DNA of 14,999 nucleotides from a virus (Duplodnaviria; Heunggongvirae; Uroviricota; Caudoviricetes): IMG/VR virus record IMGVR_UViG_2872180393_000004; one strand, 5' to 3'. Shown piece by piece: positions 1 to 9,264 of this stretch (position 1 is its first letter; each line of letters starts with the position of its first letter). The notes under the pieces were generated by a model. It saw only the letters and a program-made list of their open reading frames with translations, ran no database searches and was not told where the DNA came from. The position numbers and the translations under genes were made by a program.

Positions 1-663
1 TTAAAAAAAGAACAAATGGTAGTGTCCGCTATTGCCAGTACACCTCACTGCACTGGCATAACCGCGTTCGATCGGTTTAGGGGGAAGTGGTACCTGAACG
101 ATGACATCACACCGGCTACAGGCCAGTTTGGGACGTATGGTTTCGATAACTTTAAAGGCGGTATTAATGATATCCAGTTGCTCTGAGATTGTTTCCCCCA
201 TTTCTTTCAGAACACCTCCACAGGCCGGGCAACTGGTTTCAGCAGGCAGAAGGCGATGTGTCTCCCGGGGAAGTTCTGCCGGCAGCGGTTTTCGTGAAGA
301 TTTTCGTCCCGGGGATTCAGGCTTACTGGCGATCGGGTTTTCTGACGGGGGACTGGTGTCAGGTGAATCTGTGACTGACGATGCATCTTCCAGAAGATTT
401 CTGGCTGTGTTCAGCCGGTTTTCCAGTTCCGACAGTCGTTTTTCTGCCTGTCGGATCTGATTTTCAAGCTTATGACGCTTTTTCTCTGAACTCTGGCCGA
501 ACAACATACGACGCAACCTGTCGAGTTGCGCTTTCAGCCGTTCAATTTCCTGCTCATAGCCCGCGACCTGACAGGCATACTGTCGAAGCCGACTCTGTTG
601 CTTACGCAACATGGCTTTAAGCAGCTCAATATCATCGGGGAGTTCATTCCCTTGTTTTATCAC
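1..663 (-). CDS. IS66-family transposase TnpC, N-terminal fragment (leucine-zipper-like region plus CxxC...CxxC zinc finger); DDE domain absent
   Basis: 220-aa ORF with CPACGG...CSRCD zinc-finger spacing typical of IS66 TnpC. A stop falls at bases 1-3, so the catalytic domain is missing or displaced. Confidence 0.75.
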   Translation of the reverse strand: MIKQGNELPDDIELLKAMLRKQQSRLRQYACQVAGYEQEIERLKAQLDRLRRMLFGQSSEKKRHKLENQIRQAEKRLSELENRLNTARNLLEDASSVTDSPDTSPPSENPIASKPESPGRKSSRKPLPAELPRETHRLLPAETSCPACGGVLKEMGETISEQLDIINTAFKVIETIRPKLACSRCDVIVQVPLPPKPIERGYASAVRCTGNSGHYHLFFF

Positions 664-666
664 GGG

Positions 667-1014
667 TTATATCCGGATGCCAGGCCGTTCTGTCCGTTTG
701 GGATGTTGCCACGCGATCCCCTCCAGTAGCATGGATAACTGAGCTGGCGTCAGGTGCACTTTCCCTTCCCGGGTCACCGGCCAGACGAAGCGGCCCCGTT
801 CCAGGCGTTTGGCGAACAGGCATAACCCGTCACGATCGGCCCACAGTATTTTCACCATTTTGCCACTGCGGCCCCGGAAGACGAAGATATGCCCGGAGAA
901 CGGGTCATCTTTCAGCGTGTTCTGCACCTTCGAAGCCAGGCCATTGAAGCCACAACGCATATCTGTGATGCCAGCGATGATCCAGATTTTGGTACCGGTC
1001 GGCAGCGTTATCAT
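667..1014 (-). CDS. tnpB: IS66-family accessory protein TnpB
   Basis: 115-aa ORF (MITLPTGTKIWIIAGITDMRCGFNGL...KILWADRDGLCLFAKRLERGRFVWP) closely matching the conserved IS66 Orf2/TnpB as I remember it; 4-bp overlap with the upstream ORF. Confidence 0.85.
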   Translation of the reverse strand: MITLPTGTKIWIIAGITDMRCGFNGLASKVQNTLKDDPFSGHIFVFRGRSGKMVKILWADRDGLCLFAKRLERGRFVWPVTREGKVHLTPAQLSMLLEGIAWQHPKRTERPGIRI

Positions 1015-1685
1015 CGGATACCCCCTTTCATTTCGCGGATTAGCGCCCGTAACAGTTCCGGAGTGAGAGGGTCAAACAGTTTTACCACACCTGATTTAAG
1101 ATGCAGCTCGCACCGTGGGACGTTTCCGGGAGCCCCCTCAGGGCGCTCATCATGCTTGTTACGCCTGAAGGGATTTGTAACTGGTCTGGTCGGCTCCGGC
1201 GTATCAGTCAGTGCCACCGGGACAGGCATGCATTCCTGTATGTCATCATCGCTCAGTAAGCCGTCCTCGTACTGGCTTTTCCATTTAAACAGCAGGTTAT
1301 TATTGATATAGTGTTCTCTGGCGATCCGGGCAACAACAGCCCCAGGCTGTAACGCCTGCTTAGCCAGACGGACCTTAAATTCACGGCTATAGCTGGTTCG
1401 CCGTTCTTTTCGCCATGAGCCTTCTCTGATTTGAGGCTCTGTTAATTCCTTCTTTCTGTTGGCATAAAGGATGGCGTCAAGTTGAGCGAATGAAACTGAA
1501 TCGGGCAATGGCCATGCGATACCGGATGCAAGAAATCGCTGAAAAAGCGTATGTATTGTGGAATGACTGAGACCCAGACGCTGAGCGATGGCCCGGATGG
1601 TCAGTTTATCTTCAAATCTTAAACGCAGGGCATCAGGCAAATAAGAACGGAAGCAGGGAATATCTTTTGTTGTCTGGGAATTCAT
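1011..1685 (-). CDS. tnpA: IS66-family TnpA-like helix-turn-helix protein
   Basis: 224-aa ORF with a transposase-type HTH (RRTSYSREFKVRLAKQ...ARIAREHYINNNLLFKWKSQYEDG) and a C-terminal ...LHLKSGVVKLFDPLTPELLRALIREM segment like the IS66 Orf1 C-terminus. The true start may be an internal Met. Confidence 0.65.
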   Translation of the reverse strand: MNSQTTKDIPCFRSYLPDALRLRFEDKLTIRAIAQRLGLSHSTIHTLFQRFLASGIAWPLPDSVSFAQLDAILYANRKKELTEPQIREGSWRKERRTSYSREFKVRLAKQALQPGAVVARIAREHYINNNLLFKWKSQYEDGLLSDDDIQECMPVPVALTDTPEPTRPVTNPFRRNKHDERPEGAPGNVPRCELHLKSGVVKLFDPLTPELLRALIREMKGGIR

Positions 1686-1767
1686 CGTTCGTGTCCATCA
1701 ATATAGATGGGCGCGATTGTTGCCAGACAGGACAATTTTCACAAGACGTCGCTGATGGGGCGCTTAC

Positions 1768-2272
1768 GTTTGAACTGAACGGCAGGGGCTGTGCTGCCCG
1801 TCCGACACTGACGGTCTCTAACCTGCACGGCATGGTCACCGGTATGGCGGAAGATCTGCAGAGTCTGGTCGGCGGAACGGTGGTCCGGCGTAAGGTTTAC
1901 GCCCGTTTTCTGGATGCGGTAAACTTCGTCAACGGAAACAGCGACGCCGATCCGGAACAGGAGGTGATCAGCCGCTGGCGCATCGAGCAGTGCAGCGAAC
2001 TGAGCGCGGTCAGTGCCTCTTTTGTGCTGGCCACACCAACGGAGACGGATGGCGCGGTTTTCCCGGGGCGTATCATGCTGGCGAATACCTGTATGTGGAC
2101 TTACCGTTCTGATGAGTGTGGTTACACGGGCAGGGCAGTGGCTGACGAGTTCGACAAACCAACGACGGATATCCGGAAGGACAAATGCAGCAAGTGTATG
2201 CGCGGGTGTGAGTTGCGCAACAATACCGGTAATTTCGGCGGTTTCCTTTCCATCAATAAACTTTCTCAGTAA
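1768..2272 (+). pseudogene. L: Lambda-like minor tail protein L, 3' portion only (5' end removed by the IS66 insertion)
   Basis: Translation from 1769 (FELNGRGCAARPTLTVSNLHGMVTGMAEDLQSLVGGTVVRRKVYARFLDAVNFVNG...GNFGGFLSINKLSQ*) matches the C-terminal ~168 aa of lambda gpL as I recall it. The first ~100 nt of the track ORF (1667-1767) are IS66 terminal sequence, not L. Confidence 0.85.
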
Positions 2273-2276
2273 ATCC

Positions 2277-3020
2277 ATGACACAGACAGAATCAGCGATT
2301 CTGGCGCACGCCCGGCGATGTGCGCCAGCGGAGTCGTGTGGCTTCGTGGTGAGAACGCCGGAGGGAGACAGGTATCTTCCCAGCGAGAATATCTCCGGTG
2401 AGCCGGAGGAACGGTTCCGGATGGCTCCGGAGGACTGGCTGCGGGCACAAATGCAGGGTGAGATTGTGGCGCTGGTCCACAGTCATCCCGGTGGTCTGCC
2501 CTGGCTGAGTGAGGCTGACCGGCGGCTGCAGGTGCAGAGTGATTTGCCGTGGTGGCTGGTCTGCCGGGGGGCGATTCACAAGTTCCGCTGTGTGCCGCAT
2601 CTCACCGGGCGGCGCTTTGAGCACGGGGTGACGGACTGTTACACGCTGTTCCGGGATGCTTATCATCTGGCGGGGATTGAGATGCCGGATTTTCATCGCG
2701 GGGATGACTGGTGGCGTCACGGTCAGAATCTCTATCTGGATAATCTGGAGGCCACAGGGCTGTATCAGGTGCCGTTGTCAGCGGCGCAGCCGGGCGATGT
2801 GCTGCTGTGCTGTTTTGGTTCATCGGTGCCGAATCATGCCGCCATTTACTGTGGTGACGGCGAGCTGCTGCACCATATTCCTGAACAACTGAGCAAACGA
2901 GAGAGGTATACCGACAAATGGCAGCGACGCACACACTCCCTCTGGCGTCACCGGGCATGGCACGCATCTGCCTTTACGGGGATTTGCAACGATTTGGCCG
3001 CCGCATCGACCTTCGTGTGA
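2277..3020 (+). CDS. K: Tail tip assembly protein K (N-terminal MPN/JAMM-like domain, C-terminal NlpC/P60-like domain)
   Basis: ATG at 2277, 4 nt after the L stop. JAMM motif HSHPGGLPWLSEAD (HxHx7SxxD) and a downstream Cys/His pair (GVTDCYTLF...PNHAAIY) consistent with NlpC/P60. Alternative internal ATG at 2421 preceded by GGAGGA. Confidence 0.88.
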   Translation: MTQTESAILAHARRCAPAESCGFVVRTPEGDRYLPSENISGEPEERFRMAPEDWLRAQMQGEIVALVHSHPGGLPWLSEADRRLQVQSDLPWWLVCRGAIHKFRCVPHLTGRRFEHGVTDCYTLFRDAYHLAGIEMPDFHRGDDWWRHGQNLYLDNLEATGLYQVPLSAAQPGDVLLCCFGSSVPNHAAIYCGDGELLHHIPEQLSKRERYTDKWQRRTHSLWRHRAWHASAFTGICNDLAAASTFV

Positions 3021-3558
3021 AAACGGGGGCCGAAGCTATCCGGGCGCTGGCCACACAGCTCCCGGCGTTTCGTCAGAAACTGAGTGACGGCTGGTATCAG
3101 GTGGCATTGCCGGGCGTGATGCAGGTGAAACCGAATTGTCTGCCCGTCTTAATGAGCCGCTGGCAAATGGTGCAGTGATCCACATAGTACCGCGTCTGGT
3201 GGGAGCTAAAAGTGGCGGTGTGTTTCAGGCGGTGCTGGGGGCGGCTGTTATGGCGGTTGCTATATGGATGCCGGGGGTAGGAATTATGGCGAGTAATCTG
3301 CTGTTTTCTCTCGGTGCCAGTATGACGCTTGGCGGTGTTGCACAGATGCTGGCACCGAAAGCCAGAACTCCCCGTACACAGACAACGGATAACGGTAAGC
3401 AGAACACGTATTTCTCGTCACTGGATAACATGGTTGCCCAGGGCAATGTTCTGCCCGTTCTGTACGGTGAAATGCGCGTGGGGTCACGTGTGGTTTCTCA
3501 GGAGATCAGCACGGCAGACGAAGGGGATGGTGGTCAGGTTGTGGTGATTGGTCGCTGA
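2918..3558 (+). pseudogene. I: Tail assembly protein I, interrupted by a -1 frameshift near 3104-3105 (may be a sequencing artefact)
   Basis: 2918-3103 encodes MAATHTLPLASPGMARICLYGDLQRFGRRIDLRVKTGAEAIRALATQLPAFRQKLSDGWYQV (lambda gpI N-terminus). From 3106 the homology continues in another frame (IAGRD...GAVIHIVPRLVGAKSGGVFQAVLGAA...GQVVVIGR*). The junction is consistent with loss of one base. Overlaps the 3' end of K by 103 nt. Confidence 0.85.
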
Positions 3559-3577
3559 TGTAAAATGTTTTATGTGA

Positions 3578-3597
3578 AACCGCCTCCGGGCGGTTTT
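3578..3597 (+). terminator. Short GC hairpin with a weak T tract between I and J (possible attenuator; weak)
   Basis: aaccgcc-tccg-ggcggtt followed by ttgtcgttt; the U tract is interrupted. Confidence 0.25.
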
Positions 3598-3618
3598 GTC
3601 GTTTATGGAGCATGACGA

Positions 3619-6600
3619 ATGGGTAAAGGCAGCAGTAAGGGGCATACCCCGCGCGAAGCGAAGGACAACCTGAAATCCACGCAGTTGCTGAGTGTGATTG
3701 ATGCCATCAGTGAAGGGCCGGTTGAAGGTCCGGTGGATGGATTAAAAAGCGTGCTGCTGAACAGTACGCCGGTGCTGGACACTGAGGGGAATACCAACAT
3801 CTCCGGTGTCACGGTGGTGTTCCGGGCAGGTGAGCAGGAGCAGACACCGCCGGAGGGCTTTGAATCCTCCGGCTCCGAGACGGTGCTGGGTACGGAAGTG
3901 AAATATGACACGCCGATCACCCGGACCATCACGTCTGCAAATATCGACCGTCTGCGCCTGACCTTCGGTGTGCAGGCACTGGTGGAAACCACCTCAAAGG
4001 GGGAAAGGAATCCGTCGGAAGTCCGCCTGCTGGTTCAGATACAACGTAACGGTGGCTGGGTGACGGAAAAAAACATCACCATTAAAGGCAAAACCACCTC
4101 ACAGTATCTGGCCTCGGTGGTGGTGGGTAACCTGCCGCCGCGCCCGTTCAATATCCGGATGCGCAGGATGACGCCGGACAGCACCACAGACCAGCTGCAG
4201 AACAAAACGCTCTGGTCGTCATACACCGAAATCATCGATGTGAAACAGTGCTACCCGAACACGGCACTGGTCGGCGTACAGGTGGATTCGGAGCAGTTCG
4301 GCAGCCAGCAGGTGAGCCGTAATTATCATCTTCGCGGGCGCATTCTGCAGGTGCCGTCGAACTATAACCCGCAGACGCGACAATACAGCGGTATCTGGGA
4401 CGGAACGTTAAAACCGGCATACAGCAACAACATGGCCTGGTGTCTGTGGGATATGCTGACCCATCCGCGCTACAGCATGGGGAAACGTCTTGGTGCGGCG
4501 GATGTGGATAAATGGGCGCTGTATGTCATCGGCCAGAATTGCGACCAGTCAGTGCCGGATGGCTTTGGTGGCACGGAACCGCGTATCACCTGTAATGCGT
4601 ACCTGACCACGCAGCGCAAGGCGTGGGATGTGCTCAGTGATTTTTGCTCGGCGATGCGCTGTATGCCGGTATGGAACGGACAGATGCTGACGTTCGTGCA
4701 GGACCGACCGTCGGATAAGGTGTGGACCTATAACCGCAGTAATGTGGTGATGCCGGATGATGGCGCGCCGTTCCGCTACAGCTTCAGCGCCCTGAAGGAC
4801 CGCCATAATGTCGTTGAGGTGAACTGGATTGATCCGGACAACGGTCATGAGACGGCGACAGAGCTTGTGGAGGACACGCAGGCCATTCTCCGTTACGGTC
4901 GTAACGTCACGAAGATGGATGCCTTTGGCTGTACCAGCCGGGGACAGGCACACCGCGCCGGGCTGTGGCTGATTAAAACGGAACTGCTGGAAACGCAGAC
5001 CGTGGACTTCAGCGTGGGCGCAGAAGGGCTTCGCCATGTACCGGGTGATGTCATTGAAATCTGCGATGATGATTATGCCGGTATCAGCACCGGTGGTCGC
5101 GTACTGGCGGTGAACAGCCAGACCCGGACGCTGACGCTCGACCGTGAAATCACGCTGCCGTCCTCCGGTACCACGCTGATAAGCCTGGTTGACGGAAGTG
5201 GCAATCCGGTCAGCGTGGAGGTCCAGTCCGTCACCGACGGCGTGAAGGTGAAAGTGAGCCGGATTCCTGACGGCGTTGCCGGATACAGCGTGTGGGGGCT
5301 GAAGCTGCCGACGCTGCGTCAGCGCCTGTTCCGCTGCGTGAGTATCCGTGAGAACGATGACGGCACATATGCCATCACTGCCGTGCAGCATGTGCCGGAA
5401 AAAGAGGCCATCGTGGATAACGGGGCACACATTGACAGTGACCGGCGCGGCACGGTGAATGGTGTCACGCCGCCAGCAGTGCAGCACCTGACCGCAGAAG
5501 TCATCGCAGGCAGCGGGGAATATCAGGTGCTGGCGCGATGGGACACGCTGAAGGTGGTGAAGGGGGTGAGCTTCCTGCTTCGCCTGACCGTGGCAGCGGA
5601 TGACGGCAGTGAGCGGCTGGTCAGCACAGCCCGGACGACGGAAACCACATATCGTTTCACGCAGCTTGCGTTGGGGCGTTATACGCTGACAGTCCGGGCG
5701 GTAAATGCGTGGGGGCAGCAGGGCGATCCGGCGTCGGTATCGTTCCGGATTGCCGCACCGGCAGCACCGTCGAGGATTGAGCTGACGCCGGGCTATTTTC
5801 AGATAACCGCCACGCCGCATCTTGCCGTTTATGACCCGACGGTACAGTTTGAGTTCTGGTTCTCGGAAAAGCGGATTACCGATATCAGGCAGGTTGAAAC
5901 CACAGCCCGCTATCTTGGCACGGCGCTGTACTGGATAGCCGCCAGTATCAATATCAAACCGGGCCATGATTATTATTTTTACGTTCGCAGTGTGAACACC
6001 GTTGGCAAATCGGCATTTGTGGAGGCCGTCGGTCGGGCGAGCGATGATGCGGAAGGTTATCTGAGTTTTTATAAAGGGTTGATCAATAAAACGCATCTCG
6101 GCAAGGAGTTGTGGACGCAGATTGATAACGGTCAGCTTGCGCCGGACCTGACTGAAATCAGGACGTCCATTACGAATGTCAGCAATGAAATCACGCAGAC
6201 CGTCAATAAGAAACTGGAAGACCAGAGTGCAGCGATCCAGCAGATACAGAAGGTTCAGGTTGATACAAATCATAACCTGAACAGCATGTGGGCTGTGAAG
6301 CTGCAACAGATGAAGGACGGACGCCTTTATATTGCGGGTATCGGTGCCGGTATTGAGAATACGCCAGCAGGAATGCAGAGTCAGGTGCTGCTGGCGGCAG
6401 ACAGGATTGCGATGATTAATCCTGTGAATGGCAACACAAAGCCGATGTTTGTTGGTCAGGGCGATCAGATATTCATGAACGACGTGTTCCTGAAACGCCT
6501 GACGGCTCCGACCATTACCAGCGGCGGTAATCCTCCGGCATTTTCCCTGACACTTGGCGGACGGCTGACGGCGAAAAATGCCGATATCAGCGGTAACGTG

Positions 6601-7097
6601 AACGCGAACTCCGGGACGCTCAACAACGTCACGATTAATAAGAACTGTCGGGTTCTGGGAAAATTGTCCGCGAACCAGATTGAAGGCGATCTCGTTAAAA
6701 CAGTGGGCAAACCTTTCCCACGGGACTCCCGGCACCGGAGAGGTGGCCATCAGGGACCATTACCGTCAGGGTTTATGACGATCAGCCGTTTGATCGGCAA
6801 ATTGTTATTCCCGCGGTGGCGTTTCGCGGTGCTAAACATGAGCGGAAGAATAACAATATTTATTCGTCATGCCGCCTGATAGTGAAGAAAAACGGTGCTG
6901 AAATTTATAACCGAACGACCCTGGATAATACGCTGATATATACGGGTGTTATTGATATGCCTGCCGGTCACGGTCACATGACGCTGGAGTTTTCTGTATC
7001 GGCATGGCTGGTAAATGGCTGGTATCCCACAGCAAGTATCAGCGATTTGCTGGTTGTTGTGATGAAGAAATCCACAGCAGGTATCAGTATCAGCTGA
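3619..7097 (+). pseudogene. J: Tail tip / host-specificity protein J (lambda gpJ family), with a frameshift near 6725-6740 separating the last ~120 codons (may be a sequencing artefact)
   Basis: 1086-aa ORF starting [34 protein letters not shown]..., collinear with lambda gpJ as I recall it; GGAG 10 nt upstream. After ...GKPFPRDS the homologous reading ([10 protein letters not shown]...[18 protein letters not shown]...VIDMPAGHGHMTLEF...STAGISIS*) continues in frame 0 to the stop at 7095-7097. Confidence 0.9.
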
Positions 7098-7118
7098 ATT
7101 TTATAACCCAGATACGGG

Positions 7119-7132
7119 CACCAGAAATGGTG
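7119..7132. repeat. Target-site duplication, left copy (caccagaaatggtg) flanking IS4
   Basis: Identical 14-mer at 8556-8569, immediately outside the IS4 termini. Confidence 0.8.
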
Positions 7133-8555
7133 TAATGCCAGTCAGTTAAGCAACTGACTGGCTCTTTTTCGGGGCTGTGGGGTATTTCCAGGGCCTCTCC
7201 TTTACCACTCTCGGGAAGGCCCTTCCCCTTCTCGTCGGTAATTTCACAAGTTGTCCCATACTTGCAAGATCGCGCATCAGCTCCGGTATACGTCCCGGTG
7301 AAGCGCCCTGCAATGTCATCAGCATTCTCATCACCATTCCGCATGATTCTGAGAAACTCAGTTGATTCGGCCAGTAACCTTTCAGATGTTCCGCCATTTT
7401 AATCATCTGATATCTCACCAGATTATAAGCCAGTAAGACACCCCACAGCTCTTGCTCCACAAGCTCCGGCTTTTTACTTCTCAGCGTCAGCCTGCTCAGT
7501 TGCATCGTCTGTTTTATCTCCCTGTATCCCAGTTCGATTTCCCAGCGATGACTGTACAGATCCGCCATTTCTCCTCCGGGAAGCGCATGGCGTCCGTCAT
7601 CGACGTCAGCAGATGGCAGACTTTTCCTTTGCGCGTCACGGTCAGCAGGCGGGCTGTCACTTCATTTCCCAGTCCCGGCCACTTTTTTCGTGCCTGCGGG
7701 CTGGTTTTCAGCTTCACCAGATGATCGCCTTTACCCAGTTTTCTGAGCTCTTCATATTGCGCTCCCTTTCTGAGAGGTATCATCCAGTGGCGGTGTTCTC
7801 CCGCCAGGCTCCAGGCATTTAACAGTCCCAGTGAGTAATAACCTTTATCCATTAACGTCAGAGTGTTATCGCCGGTTTGTTCTATAAGTTGCTCAGCAAG
7901 CTCATTTTCGCTGTTCTTCATCGTGCCGAAGGCTGCAGCCGTCAGCAGATGGCTGGTCAGTTCCATCTGGCAGACCATTTTGACCTGCGGGTAGAGCGCC
8001 GGGTTCCCGGCATGTGTCTGGCGGGGGAAGGCTGCATCGTTCTCTGGTGTATCCGGTGTGCGCCAGAACACACCATCGATGGCCAGCAGGGTCAGGCCGC
8101 ACCAGTGCGGATGCGGCGTGGCGTTATGCCAGAGCTGCGCTGTTTTCGTGAACACGCGGCGGACAGCCTCACTTCCCAGGCGCTGGCGGGCCTGAATAAC
8201 GGCACTGGGGCAACGAAGGGGCGATTGCCCGGCAGCATGATGTCCAGGCGATTCACAATCTGGTGAAGAGGTTCTTTACGCTCAAGCGCCATGCCAACAA
8301 TACACCAGACCATCATTTCGAGGGGAAGACGGCGCTTGCGTAGCGTTACAGTACCTGATTCGGCAAGGCAACGAGAGATGAGTTCGGGGTCGAGGTAATC
8401 CCCAGAGAAGTCAGTGGGTTACGCAGAGAATCGTAACGGGATACCAGATCAAGAGCCTGTCCAATGTGCATAAAAAAATCCGGAAACAAGTGAGCGTTTC
8501 CGGATTCTTACACAGCCACTGGATCGGTCAACTGATCCTTAACTGATCGGCATTA
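7133..8555 (-). mobile_element. IS4 insertion sequence (IS4 family), complete ends, transposase on the - strand
   Basis: Imperfect 18-bp terminal inverted repeats (taatgccagtcagttaag at 7133-7150; reverse complement of 8538-8555 is taatgccgatcagttaag; 16/18 identical), flanked by a 14-bp direct repeat. Observed length 1423 bp; I recall IS4 as 1426 bp, which equals this plus the three internal inferred missing bases (the fourth is terminal). Confidence 0.85.
7146..8471 (-). pseudogene. insG: IS4 transposase split into five reading-frame segments by four apparent 1-bp deletions (near 8400-8403, 8206, 7576-7577 and 7147-7148)
   Basis: - strand translation begins MHIGQALDLVSRYDSLRNPLTSLG at 8471 and continues through the track ORFs 8092-8316, 7514-8155 and 7146-7568 ([24 protein letters not shown]...; ...[29 protein letters not shown]...; [20 protein letters not shown]...), matching the IS4 transposase as I recall it. 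Each frame change is consistent with one missing base in a short run. Restoring three bases gives 442 codons, my recalled length. Confidence 0.85.
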
Positions 8556-8569
8556 CACCAGAAATGGTG
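8556..8569. repeat. Target-site duplication, right copy (caccagaaatggtg) flanking IS4
   Basis: Identical to 7119-7132. Confidence 0.8.
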
Positions 8570-8601
8570 CCTTTTTTATTGCAGAAAAGCGAGAGGTAAT
8601 T

Positions 8602-9201
8602 ATGCGTAAAGTTTGTGCAGCCATTTTGTCCGCAGCCATCTGTCTGGCCGTATCCGGTGCGCCTGCATGGGCGTCTGAACATCAGTCCACGCTGAGCGCC
8701 GGGTATCTTCAGACCCATACTGATATGCCAGGCAGCGATGACCTGAAGGGCATTAACGTGAAATACCGTTATGAGTTTACGGACACGCTGGGGCTGGTGA
8801 TGTCATTCAGCTATGCCAACGCTGAAGATGAGCAAAAAACGCATTACAGCGATACCCGCTGGCATGAGGATTCCGTGCGTAACCGCTGGTTCAGCGTGAT
8901 GGCGGGGCCGTCTGTGCGCGTGAATGAATGGTTCAGCGCGTATGCGATGGCGGGCGTGGCTTACAGCCGTGTGTCGACCTTCTCCGGGGATTATCTCCGC
9001 GTAACTGACAACAAGGGGAAAACGCACGATGTGCTGACCGGAAGTAATGACGGTCGCCACAGCAACACGTCTCTGGCGTGGGGGGCTGGCGTGCAGTTTA
9101 ACCCGACCGAATCTGTGGCCATTGACCTTGCTTATGAAGGTTCCGGCAGTGGCGACTGGCGCACTGACGGTTTCATCGTGGGTGTCGGTTATAAGTTCTG
9201 A
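8602..9201 (+). CDS. lom: Lom outer-membrane protein (Ail/Lom/PagC family beta-barrel)
   Basis: 199-aa ORF with signal-peptide-like N-terminus ([24 protein letters not shown]) and C-terminus ...[23 protein letters not shown] identical to the lambda Lom C-terminus as I recall it; GAGAGG RBS upstream; same position after J as in lambda. Confidence 0.9.
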   Translation: MRKVCAAILSAAICLAVSGAPAWASEHQSTLSAGYLQTHTDMPGSDDLKGINVKYRYEFTDTLGLVMSFSYANAEDEQKTHYSDTRWHEDSVRNRWFSVMAGPSVRVNEWFSAYAMAGVAYSRVSTFSGDYLRVTDNKGKTHDVLTGSNDGRHSNTSLAWGAGVQFNPTESVAIDLAYEGSGSGDWRTDGFIVGVGYKF

Positions 9202-9227
9202 TTAGCCAGGTAACACAGTGTTATGAC

Positions 9228-9253
9228 AGCCCGCTGGTTCAGGCGGGCTTTTT
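9228..9253 (+). terminator. Rho-independent terminator downstream of lom
   Basis: Stem agcccgc (9228-9234) pairs with gcgggct (9243-9249), 8-nt loop, followed by a run of five T. Confidence 0.55.
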
Positions 9254-9264
9254 GTGGGGTGAAT

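Larger units (their letters stand above)
1..1767 (-). mobile_element. IS66-family insertion sequence, partial (runs off the window start); tnpA-tnpB-tnpC co-oriented on the - strand
   Basis: Three tandem - strand ORFs with the IS66 layout (HTH protein, ~115-aa TnpB, zinc-finger transposase). The end nearest L reads GTAAGCGCCCCATCAGCG on the - strand (1750-1767), matching the GTAAGCG-type terminus I recall for IS66-family inverted repeats. Lambda L homology begins at 1768. Confidence 0.75.

Noticed and set aside
1667-1767. 5' extension of the track ORF 1667-2272 with an ATG at 1667
   Set aside because: These codons are IS66 terminal sequence read in the L frame. L homology only begins at 1768.
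2292-2967. - strand ORFs of 142 and 121 aa
   Set aside because: Antisense to K; Pro/Arg-rich low-complexity translations typical of out-of-frame reads.
4549-6750. 733-aa ORF on the - strand
   Set aside because: Lies wholly antisense to J, whose translation matches a known tail protein. Long antisense ORFs are expected in GC-rich coding DNA. No start context or recognisable motifs.
7177-8266. Several + strand ORFs (62-129 aa) inside IS4
   Set aside because: Antisense to the IS4 transposase; no motifs; IS4 is known to encode a single protein.
9223-9264. Upstream start for stf at 9223 given in the ORF track
   Set aside because: It overlaps the lom terminator hairpin. The lambda-like N-terminus MAVKISG begins at the ATG at 9265.
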